Shown piece after piece: positions 56,393-64,000 of a DNA stretch of 64,000 bases. The notes beneath the pieces were generated by a model. The model was not told where the DNA came from. It did not search any database and saw only the letters and a list, made by a program, of their open reading frames with translations. The position numbers were made by a program, and so were the translations under genes. Position 1 is the first letter of the stretch; every line of letters begins with the position of its first letter. Origin of the DNA: Promethearchaeota archaeon (GTDB lineage Archaea > Asgardarchaeota > Lokiarchaeia > Sigyniarchaeales > SOKP01); assembly GCA_016930515.1 (NCBI GenBank), contig JAFGGO010000158.1, forward strand, positions 59,632 through 123,631, read 5' to 3'.

Positions 56393-56869
56393 ATGAGAAA
56401 ATACCCTAAGAGTATCAGAAAATATAGAGGCACGCGACTTGTCGGTTACGGTACGCAGGGTCAGCACAGGAAAACTGGACAACGCGCTGGGCGAGGAAAG
56501 ACCACTCAATGGAATGCAAGCATGAAATCCTATTATTTTAAACAAAAAGAATTAGGTTTTCCAGATCCAGATTGGGACTTTGGCAAAAAGGGTTTTAAAA
56601 GACCTCAAGACATGGTTAGGATATATAAGGTAAACGCAATCAATGTGAAAGATTTGGACCTTAAACTCGATGATCTCGTTCAAGACAACAAGGCATCTAA
56701 ATCGGGCAACACTTACACCGTAAATCTCGAAGAACTTAACATTCAAAAAATCTTGGGTCGAGGAGACCTGAATAAAAAAATTAATGTCACCGTCAAAAGC
56801 GCTTCTCAAAAAGCGATTGATAAGGTACAATCTGCCGGTGGAAAAGTAACTCTTCTTTCTAAAAATTAA
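56393..56869 (+). CDS. rpl15p: 50S ribosomal protein uL15
   Basis: RKYRG...GYG..GQHRK.G..AGRG, FGKKGF, KILGRG, AGG. Confidence 0.96.
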   Translation: MRKYPKSIRKYRGTRLVGYGTQGQHRKTGQRAGRGKTTQWNASMKSYYFKQKELGFPDPDWDFGKKGFKRPQDMVRIYKVNAINVKDLDLKLDDLVQDNKASKSGNTYTVNLEELNIQKILGRGDLNKKINVTVKSASQKAIDKVQSAGGKVTLLSKN

Positions 56870-56910
56870 TTTTTATATCTTATTTACTTTAACTCTTTAT
56901 TTTGTCTTGT
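56870..56910 (+). terminator. Probable T-rich terminator of the ribosomal operon
   Basis: TTTTTATATCTTATTTACTTT...TTTATTTTG after the uL15 stop; the next gene is convergent. Confidence 0.45.
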
Positions 56911-56972
56911 CAAGTAAATCATTAAGATATTGACCATCAAATATGTATTTTTTTTAAAGGTTTTTGGTAATC

Positions 56973-57404
56973 TCAGTGCTGTAATAATCTATGTTTTTTT
57001 AATCTCCACATTTTAGCTTTTATGATATCCTCAACAATCTCAGAGAAGGATTTGAATATTGATATCTCTCCGTTAAAATTTTTGAGCTTATTCTTGAATA
57101 ATACTATAAAATTCTCTATCGTAATATCTGCTAACAAGTTTAGCAAGTCGATATCGATGCGATCGTTATTGCAAATAAACACGAGGTGCAAACCCGATTC
57201 GTGAGAAAAGAAAAAAACCATTTGATTTTCAAGGGTGAAAGATTTCAAGCTGGCATTCATCTCATTTTTTACGTATCGACATATCAAATCGAAATAACTG
57301 GCAATGAGTTGTATGTCAAGGCGATTTTTATCTCCTGAAAACCGATGGTGAAATAACGCTATTCCTGATTCGTTTAAAATCAATAATTCTTGAATCGTTC
57401 CCAT
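56973..57404 (-). CDS. Stand-alone longin-like domain protein
   Basis: IQELLILNESGIALF, DIQLIASYFDLI, F..LF..L..FNGEISIFKSFSEIVEDII, typical of Asgard longin/sedlin-like proteins. Confidence 0.75.
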   Translation of the reverse strand: MGTIQELLILNESGIALFHHRFSGDKNRLDIQLIASYFDLICRYVKNEMNASLKSFTLENQMVFFFSHESGLHLVFICNNDRIDIDLLNLLADITIENFIVLFKNKLKNFNGEISIFKSFSEIVEDIIKAKMWRLKKHRLLQH

Positions 57405-57634
57405 CTAAATCAAATTTCAATTTATTAATTATTTAACCCTAATTCCCTTAACTAACAATACTACAAAACTGTCACTATAGATAATGGTTATATACCTTTT
57501 TAAAATTTTATGTTATTTTTTATTTACGAGAAACGAGTAAAAATAGCGCCTTAAACCTAAATTTATTAAATTTTTTAGAACTATGTATATTTTAATGCAG
57601 TGGGCTTTTTATTAAAAAATTCTTGTGGGAAAAA

Positions 57635-58414
57635 ATGACATTTAATACCGTGACCGAAGTATCTCGTTCGTTTCAATACGATTACATATTTTTTGACGCC
57701 ATATTCTTGGCGATATGGCTTGCCGTACTTGTTAAATTCAAGAAATGGAAGGCAATAAAAGCTGGAATAATTACGGGAATAATTGTATATTTTATTGATG
57801 CTGTATGGTGGTGGAACGCCCCGTGGAACGATACATTCATACGAGAATATTGGATAGGGGGAGTTGCTATTCCTCGTCAATTAGGATCGTATTTTTTCTT
57901 AAAATTTGGAGCGGACTTTATGATGTGCATGTCCTATTCGTTATACGCCTTTGCTTGGTTGTGGATTGCTTTTGAAAACATTGAAAAAAAGAATAAAAAC
58001 GAGTTATTATTGTTCACTTTTCTTTATTTTGCATTTTGGATGATCGTGCCATTATTATCAACCATTGTTCCTTTATACGATGTTTCCGTATACACCATAC
58101 GTCACATGGACTCCCAAATCATCGTGTGGATCGTAAATGTGTTCGTTGGGTATCTCCTGCTTGCCATTATTTACGGAACCAAGTATTTCGGAAAAAAAGA
58201 TCTCAAAATTTTGTTATATGTGCTAATTATTGGTTGTACTGAATCTTTTTTCATGGAAGTACCTTTATTTATTTTTGGGATACGACCTAACAATGGATGG
58301 TTGTTGTTATACGAAATTTTCTTCCTTTTTAACCAAGGAGCACCTTATTTATATATCTTTTGGGATAAAATATTACCATTTCTTAAAAAGAAAAAAGAAC
58401 AATTCTTCAAGTAG
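57635..58414 (+). CDS. Multi-pass membrane protein of unknown function
   Basis: About 7 aromatic-rich hydrophobic segments; IRHMD and E..ME...GIR motifs. Confidence 0.75.
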   Translation: MTFNTVTEVSRSFQYDYIFFDAIFLAIWLAVLVKFKKWKAIKAGIITGIIVYFIDAVWWWNAPWNDTFIREYWIGGVAIPRQLGSYFFLKFGADFMMCMSYSLYAFAWLWIAFENIEKKNKNELLLFTFLYFAFWMIVPLLSTIVPLYDVSVYTIRHMDSQIIVWIVNVFVGYLLLAIIYGTKYFGKKDLKILLYVLIIGCTESFFMEVPLFIFGIRPNNGWLLLYEIFFLFNQGAPYLYIFWDKILPFLKKKKEQFFK

Positions 58415-58450
58415 AAAAATAAAACACAATAAAGGATTAAAAATCTATTT

Positions 58451-58885
58451 TTAGGTATAAGAACCGTTTGGAATGATTTTATCCAAGATGGGTCTCATTT
58501 CGTTAAAAGCTTTTCTAATTTTGTGAAAATAATAGCCTAATTTATATCCTTTTGAACAATTGGTAAAAAGCATGAAATTATCTTCATGGCCGGTTACTAA
58601 AATGATAGTGTAACCTTTCGTCCCGCGAATTACGATTTCTTTTAGCTCGCCTTGAGCCAGATCTTGACTAATTTTTTCGCCCAAGGAAATGAGTGTTGCG
58701 GGGCTTGCGGAGTAAATGTCAGCCACGACATCGGCGGTTTCAGAACTCGCAATTCTCAAGCCGGTCTTGGAAACGATGGCCGTGCCTTCCAAGTCCGTGC
58801 TGCTTTCGAGGTCTTCCAGGTTTCTCATAAGCTCGTCTAGAATTTCTTGGCTCACATTTATTTCTTTTAGGTGACTTTCAGACAT
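58451..58885 (-). CDS. Roadblock/LC7 domain protein
   Basis: GTAIVSKTGLRIAS, SASPATLISLGEKISQDLAQGEL.EIVIRGTKG, KLG. Confidence 0.9.
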   Translation of the reverse strand: MSESHLKEINVSQEILDELMRNLEDLESSTDLEGTAIVSKTGLRIASSETADVVADIYSASPATLISLGEKISQDLAQGELKEIVIRGTKGYTIILVTGHEDNFMLFTNCSKGYKLGYYFHKIRKAFNEMRPILDKIIPNGSYT

Positions 58886-58932
58886 TTGTTCACGCTCGTT
58901 TTGTAGTTAATATTATAATAGTTTTTGAAAAT

Positions 58933-60354
58933 TTAAATCTTTTTTAGGCGATATTGTCTTAATTCTTTTAAAATTACAGGATCATTTTCGTCGATCTTGG
59001 TATTTGGAGAGACTCCAACGATGACGGCGCCCTTGGTTCCGAATGTGGCCAATACCTTGGTGAACGGTGGTTCCAGCCTCTTTCCAACTTCTTTTTTAGC
59101 ACCAATTGCGCTCTGAGCCAGTCCAGTACAAATTATCCCTTGTGAATGATATGGATTTGTTATGCGACCTTCTTTGACCTTGAATTTATGCAATACGGGT
59201 GTCGTGCCCTCTTCTAAGGCGTTGAGTAAGGACGCCGAACCAAGAATTCGAAGGTTACTTGGAGGCAAGTCCAATCTACTCAACAAAATCGTGGTTTTTT
59301 GATTTCTTAACAAGATTTTCTCGTTGAGTAGTAGAAAAGCTTTAAATTCCTTGATGTTATTTGGTATAGAGGTTTGTATCTTCTTACCTTGGTCTTCGTA
59401 ATATGGATAAATGTTTCCAACAATGGTGTTCATTCCAATGGTTAAATGTACTTGGGTTCCATACCTGGTTTCGGGCTTGAACAAGGCGCTTTTCTTGACC
59501 TGCACTTCAATAATATCTGTATAAGTAAATGATTTTTCGTCGTCAGTCATGATACAACCTCTATATACTTTGTTCAATTCAAGGTTTTTCATGTTCACGC
59601 CCACTCGATCTCCTGCTTCGGCACTCTCGACTCCTTGGTGAAACACTTCAATGCTTTTAACTCTACCCGTTTCTTGAATCGGGAGCACGTGTATGGTCTG
59701 ACCGACTTTTATTCTTCCGCTTAACACGGTACCCGTCAAGATGGCACCCATCCCTTTGATTGGAAAGTGGTGATCGATTGGAATGACCAAGTTAGCTTCA
59801 ATTTCACGCTTGATTTCCAGCTTTTTTATAGTTTCGAGAATGCCGTTCTTTAATTCTTCCACACCTTCTTTTTTTTTTGCCGATATGGGGTAGATGGGAA
59901 CATTTGTACCAAAGTCCGTGGTTGCAAAAAAATTTCTTGCTTTTTTAATCTCCATTGCCACTTCTCCCTTGAATATATCGGTTTTGTTAAGCACCACTAT
60001 CAAGTTTTTAATATCGAGCGATTCTATCATGATAATGTGTTCTCCCGTTTGAACTTGGGGGCCCTTGTTTATGTCGATAACGATTATGGCACAATCAATT
60101 ATCTCCACGGATGAAGCACTGATCTTTATCAAATCAGCGTGCCCCGGTCCGTCTACAAGGGTCACAAGATAATCTCCCAGTACGAGGCTCGTAAATCCAA
60201 GATCTATCGTGATCCCTCGCTCTTTACTTTGCGGATGAGCGTCGATGCCCGCAGTTGAGATTACTTCACTAAGCGAGGATGCCAATTCGGTCTTTCCAGA
60301 GTCTATATGCCCGAATAAACCAATGTGTACGGGAGTTTTCTTCTTGTTTTCCAT
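58933..60354 (-). CDS. selB: Selenocysteine-specific elongation factor (archaeal SelB/EFSec)
   Basis: GHIDSGKT, ERGITIDLGF, DGPGH, NKTD, SAK; IDHHF.IKG.G..LTGT, GDRVG; domain IV with TFGTKG; 473 aa. Confidence 0.9.
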   Translation of the reverse strand: MENKKKTPVHIGLFGHIDSGKTELASSLSEVISTAGIDAHPQSKERGITIDLGFTSLVLGDYLVTLVDGPGHADLIKISASSVEIIDCAIIVIDINKGPQVQTGEHIIMIESLDIKNLIVVLNKTDIFKGEVAMEIKKARNFFATTDFGTNVPIYPISAKKKEGVEELKNGILETIKKLEIKREIEANLVIPIDHHFPIKGMGAILTGTVLSGRIKVGQTIHVLPIQETGRVKSIEVFHQGVESAEAGDRVGVNMKNLELNKVYRGCIMTDDEKSFTYTDIIEVQVKKSALFKPETRYGTQVHLTIGMNTIVGNIYPYYEDQGKKIQTSIPNNIKEFKAFLLLNEKILLRNQKTTILLSRLDLPPSNLRILGSASLLNALEEGTTPVLHKFKVKEGRITNPYHSQGIICTGLAQSAIGAKKEVGKRLEPPFTKVLATFGTKGAVIVGVSPNTKIDENDPVILKELRQYRLKKI

Positions 60355-60592
60355 TTATGATTTAAAAAGCGTTTCGTTTTCTGTAACAAGATAAAGCATT
60401 CTTTCTTCTAAAATATTGATTTTTTATTTGATTTGTGCCTCTTCGCATCGTCCTTATTGAGTATTTAATTAAGATAAATCAAATTAGAAAAATCAAAAAC
60501 CGAACTCCCAATATTTTTTATTAAATTGTTCTGATTATATAATTAATCCAAACATTTTCGTTTGGTAAAACATTTAAAATTTGAAATAAAAA

Positions 60593-61462
60593 ATGAAATT
60601 TTGTGTATATTGTGGTAATCCTGTCAAACCAAACGACAAGTATTGCATTGCCTGCGGAAAACCCTTGCTTACGAACTCCGCTTATAAAGAAGCGGCAACA
60701 GGTAAAAAAGAAAAGGAGAAAGTAGCCTCGAAACAAGTGGAAATATTACCTAAGGAAGAAGAAGAAATTAAACCAAAAAAGGAGGAAAAGGAAGTAGAGA
60801 AAGAGAATCTGGGAGAAGATGAGGAAAGCAAGCCCGAGAATTTTGTTGTTGAAGCCATCCCCCTTCCAGACGATGTGAAGCATCAAATCGATTTATATAT
60901 TCGATCCACGGAAATAGACTTCAACAAGCAAACACTCTCTCAAAAATTAACAGATATCCTTAATGAAACGAAATCAGCTCAATATGAAACAGATTTTGAC
61001 TTCAAGCAGAAAACAAATGTAAAATTGGAAGCCGTAAAACAATTGATTTCTGACCTAAAACAAGAAGAGTCCGAGATAAAAGGTGAAATGGACGATGTGT
61101 TCATAATCAAGAGGTTAAACAAGAACATCGATACCAAGGTTTTTCAACTCAAGAATCTAACCAGAGAATATCGTTTAAAAAAGATGAACAAGGAAACGTT
61201 TGAAAAGCTAAGAGAAAAATATAAGACCGAAAAGGATTCCGCAGATATGGAAAAAGCCGAATTGCTCATGGGAATCAAGCTCTGGATTCAAGAACTAAAA
61301 ACGGAAAAAACTGAACTCATGGGCGACAAAAAACTGAATAAAGGACGATTTTCTTCGAAAGAAATCACGCAGGAACAGTACAAAACTTCAGACGCGGACT
61401 ATAAAATCAAGATCGAAAAACTTACTAAGAAAATTGCAACACTAGAAGATCTTTCCAAATAA
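60593..61462 (+). CDS. Double zinc-ribbon plus coiled-coil protein
   Basis: FCVYCG....KYCIACGKPL; E/K-rich linker; long heptad-rich C-terminal part. Confidence 0.8.
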   Translation: MKFCVYCGNPVKPNDKYCIACGKPLLTNSAYKEAATGKKEKEKVASKQVEILPKEEEEIKPKKEEKEVEKENLGEDEESKPENFVVEAIPLPDDVKHQIDLYIRSTEIDFNKQTLSQKLTDILNETKSAQYETDFDFKQKTNVKLEAVKQLISDLKQEESEIKGEMDDVFIIKRLNKNIDTKVFQLKNLTREYRLKKMNKETFEKLREKYKTEKDSADMEKAELLMGIKLWIQELKTEKTELMGDKKLNKGRFSSKEITQEQYKTSDADYKIKIEKLTKKIATLEDLSK

Positions 61463-61521
61463 GAATGAAAATTTGCCAAAATGGAAATTTTATTTAACGG
61501 TAAAAAATTAAATTTCTTAAA

Positions 61522-61641
61522 ATGAGACGCTCACTAATTGCTACTATCATACTGTTGGTTGCTCTATCGTTATTAACTTTTGGGATCATCCAAGGTCAAT
61601 ACGAGTCGATAGCGTACTTTTACCAACAGATGGGTGCATAA
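61522..61641 (+). CDS. Putative 39-aa single-TM microprotein (not in the ORF track)
   Basis: MRRSLIATIILLVALSLLTFGIIQGQYESIAYFYQQMGA; ATG..TAA; fills the intergenic gap with higher GC than its flanks. Confidence 0.6.
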   Translation: MRRSLIATIILLVALSLLTFGIIQGQYESIAYFYQQMGA

Positions 61642-61670
61642 ACAAGAATATTTTTTTGAGAAAATCAAAT

Positions 61671-61970
61671 TCATTCTCCCAAGTACTGGCCTTTCTTGCC
61701 TGCTTTTAAGTCGTCTAAAAAACCCTTCTTCTGGTATAATTTCTCTTCTGATTTTCTGACCTTATTCGCTTCTTTATAGTGTGACTTACAAAGAAAGACC
61801 TTATGTTGCTTGTTTTCTTCAATGTTTAGCTTGGCCTTTTCCAAATACTTGTTCCACTTATTTTCCGAAAGCGAACGAATCGCTGGTTGCTTGCACTCCA
61901 CTACGGAGCAACTCTTCGATTTACTCACGCCTATTTCCTTTTTTTCTCTCATTTCCTTGGGAAGTTTCAT
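61671..61970 (-). CDS. Small basic zinc-binding protein
   Basis: CSVVEC...AIRSLS...FLCKSHYK (C2-CH ligands). Confidence 0.75.
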   Translation of the reverse strand: MKLPKEMREKKEIGVSKSKSCSVVECKQPAIRSLSENKWNKYLEKAKLNIEENKQHKVFLCKSHYKEANKVRKSEEKLYQKKGFLDDLKAGKKGQYLGE

Positions 61971-62050
61971 TTTTTCTCACGTGCTAAATTTAATTTTGAA
62001 TACAGAATTATGAAAAATAATAGTTAGTGTTTTATATTTTTTGTCATACG

Positions 62051-62782
62051 ATGAGTTCTCTAAATCTCTTGTTCAACGAGGAGCTAATTAAGGAAAAGAT
62101 ATATACCCTTAGTTCTCCCAATAGGATAACCCTGACGGACGATCACTTTACTAAGTCTGCGGTTTTGTTTACGATAATTCCTTGCGAGGAAAAACCATAC
62201 GAATTGGTTTTGATTCGACGCTCTGAAGAGGGAAGGCGCCATAGGGGAGAAATGGCCTTTCCTGGAGGAAAGTTTGATCCCAAGTTTGATAATTCTTTGA
62301 CCGATACGGTTTTAAGGGAAACTTGCGAGGAAATTGGCGTGCCAAGGAAAAAGGTGAAATTGTTAGGGTGCCTCCACGACTATCCTACCATGACTAATTT
62401 CATCATAACTCCCTTCGTAGGAGTGATCGATAAAGACCAGCAGCTTACAAAACAAGAAAGAGAAGTGCAACAAATCGTGAAAGTACCAATAGAATTTTTC
62501 GCTAATAAAATAAATTTTAGCGAGCGACCAATGTCATTTGGCAATAGTTATTTTCCCGTATATTATTTCAATTTCAAAACAAATAAAAAGAACTACATGA
62601 TATGGGGCGCAACGGCTTTCATGATAGTAAGTTTCATTAAGATAGTCTACGATTACGAGATCTCCGAGTTAGGCTCGCAAGAATTTCGAGTGAAGGAATT
62701 GAAAAACTTTAAGAATTTCATTCTCAGCGAAGATTACGCCAATTACCTCCGCCAATTCAAGGATTTTTCGCACAAATTCTAA
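62051..62782 (+). CDS. Nudix hydrolase, CoA pyrophosphatase (NudL/NUDT7-like)
   Basis: SAVL, RRS..RRHRGEMAFPGGK, LRETCEEIG, ITPFVG, IWGATA. Confidence 0.92.
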   Translation: MSSLNLLFNEELIKEKIYTLSSPNRITLTDDHFTKSAVLFTIIPCEEKPYELVLIRRSEEGRRHRGEMAFPGGKFDPKFDNSLTDTVLRETCEEIGVPRKKVKLLGCLHDYPTMTNFIITPFVGVIDKDQQLTKQEREVQQIVKVPIEFFANKINFSERPMSFGNSYFPVYYFNFKTNKKNYMIWGATAFMIVSFIKIVYDYEISELGSQEFRVKELKNFKNFILSEDYANYLRQFKDFSHKF

Positions 62783-62844
62783 TCCTTTAAATAGCGCATT
62801 TGAAAAGATCAAGTATTAATATATAAAAAGCGATTAATAATTAC

Positions 62845-63582
62845 ATGAAAAAAAAAACTATAGCAAAAAATAAAACCAATATATTTCTTATCATTTTTGC
62901 AGTAATCCTCGTTGTGATCACGATATTGTGTGTATTATATCCTGATGTTGGTCAGTATTTTGACTTGGGAAAGTGGTTCAACCCGAATGCATTAGGAGCG
63001 GTGAATTATTGGGTCGCCATCGGGTTCGTCTCCTTGCTGTGTTTTCTTGGTGCTCTCGTGCCCGTCCCCATACCTTACATGATACCTGTTGCCTTATTCA
63101 CTCAAGCTTGGATTGGTGTTTTTGATTACGCTTGGATTCTGATCGTGGGATTGGTCTTCTTTTCGGCGCTTTCGAACACGATAGGCGACCTCTTGGATTA
63201 TTACGTGGGTCGCGGTGCGGAACACGTGCTCAGTCAAGACGATCCGGAAATTCAGAATCGATGGTCCCAGATCATTTTAAAAAAACCCCAATTTATTCCG
63301 TTTATCATCTTGATATTTGGCATTACTCCACTTCCAGAATCGCTTTTAATGATTCCCCTTGGTATCGTAAAGTACGACTTGAAAAAGACATTCTTTTGGA
63401 TGTTTATGGGAAAGATACTCATGATGCTCTTGATGGTGCTTTTTGGAGTTTTTGCTTGGAATCTTGGAATTTTTTCAGGTGAAGGTGAAAGTGGGTGGAT
63501 TTTGGGAGTCGCTTCTTTATGGGCAATATGGGCAATCATGCTATTGATGGTAAAGTACAAACCAAAAAAGAACTCCGCTTGA
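62845..63582 (+). CDS. DedA/VTT (SNARE-associated-like) membrane protein
   Basis: PVPIPY, IGDLLDYYVGR, FGITPLPESLLMIPLG..Y..F...GK. Confidence 0.82.
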   Translation: MKKKTIAKNKTNIFLIIFAVILVVITILCVLYPDVGQYFDLGKWFNPNALGAVNYWVAIGFVSLLCFLGALVPVPIPYMIPVALFTQAWIGVFDYAWILIVGLVFFSALSNTIGDLLDYYVGRGAEHVLSQDDPEIQNRWSQIILKKPQFIPFIILIFGITPLPESLLMIPLGIVKYDLKKTFFWMFMGKILMMLLMVLFGVFAWNLGIFSGEGESGWILGVASLWAIWAIMLLMVKYKPKKNSA

Positions 63583-63602
63583 ATTTATTATTGGAAGTGA
63601 TA

Positions 63603-63821
63603 TTATTTTTTTATTTTAACCCCTATAGTAGTTGAAATGGGATAGAAGACACCACAATCAATGCATCGAAAAACAAACTTGTTGGATTTTTCCTCCCAAA
63701 AGCTTATTCTCTCGCTTCCACAATACTCGCATGTTTTTGGGAGGGCGTCTAGGACTCTTTTACTGATCTTGTTTAACATTCTTTTTTTCTCATCTTCTTC
63801 ATGTGAAACGAATCCATACAT
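63603..63821 (-). CDS. Small zinc-ribbon protein
   Basis: CEYCGS...FRCIDCG. Confidence 0.65.
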   Translation of the reverse strand: MYGFVSHEEDEKKRMLNKISKRVLDALPKTCEYCGSERISFWEEKSNKFVFRCIDCGVFYPISTTIGVKIKK

Positions 63822-63953
63822 TTTTGTAAAATTGCACTTTTAAAAATTTCGATTCTGAAAAATGTACTGAATTAAAAATCAAATTAAAAAAAAAATCCCG
63901 AATCGAAATATTCAATAAATTTCGCTCGTTTTATTATTTAAAAAAACTCACAT

Positions 63954-64000
63954 GGCCCTTGACGGTTAGAGTGGTCTCTGACGCTGGGCTTCAAACCCAG
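63954..64000 (+). tRNA. selC: tRNA-Sec(UCA), 5' half (truncated by the window end)
   Basis: GGCCCTTGA (9-nt acceptor strand)-CG-GTTAGAG/TGGT/CTCTGAC (7-bp D-stem, 4-nt loop)-GCTGGG-CT-TCA-AA-CCCAG; anticodon TCA at 63991-63993. Confidence 0.92.

Noticed and set aside
1718-63843. The many 60-170 aa ORFs nested in or antisense to confident genes (e.g. 18033-18452, 36042-36473, 48645-49163)
   Set aside because: Shadows of well-supported CDSs with no motifs of their own
1-64000. Selenoprotein genes or SECIS elements, given selB and tRNA-Sec
   Set aside because: Genes ending in TGA (map, trm112, M48, beta-propeller, uL29, uS5, VTT) look complete with no redox motif at the stop; I could not identify a convincing SECIS by eye, and a SECISearch/Infernal run is needed
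1-64000. CRISPR arrays, IS elements/transposases, integrases, prophage, DGR/retron reverse transcriptases, rRNA
   Set aside because: No regularly spaced repeats, terminal inverted repeats with target duplications, RT or transposase motifs, or long structured GC-rich RNA genes were seen

Overview
This is an AT-rich archaeal window whose gene content points to an Asgard archaeon of the Lokiarchaeia type. The evidence is a ribophorin I homologue, an OSTC/DC2-like subunit, Sec61-beta, several longin, roadblock and V4R/Bet3-like proteins, a RING-type finger, archaeal ribosomal proteins, and selenocysteine machinery. It is mostly core chromosome: metabolic genes (tpiA, hdrC, fbp, rbsK, gcvH, mptE), a translocon/N-glycosylation/lipid-linked-sugar cluster (about 12-25 kb), RNA-modification and recombination genes (about 25-32 kb), and a fragmented S10-spc ribosomal operon (uS19 to uL15, 47-57 kb). 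Four genes absent from the ORF track are visible: an intron-containing tRNA-Gln(UUG), uS14, a 39-aa membrane microprotein, and a tRNA-Sec(UCA) cut by the window end, 3.6 kb from selB. The best candidate for an undescribed system is a 1107-aa single-pass receptor-like transcription factor (glycosylated beta-helix/Ig ectodomain, Gly/Thr-rich TM helix, cytoplasmic winged-helix domains). I found no CRISPR array, transposase, integrase, prophage or rRNA. All family assignments come from motif recognition by eye, not from database searches.
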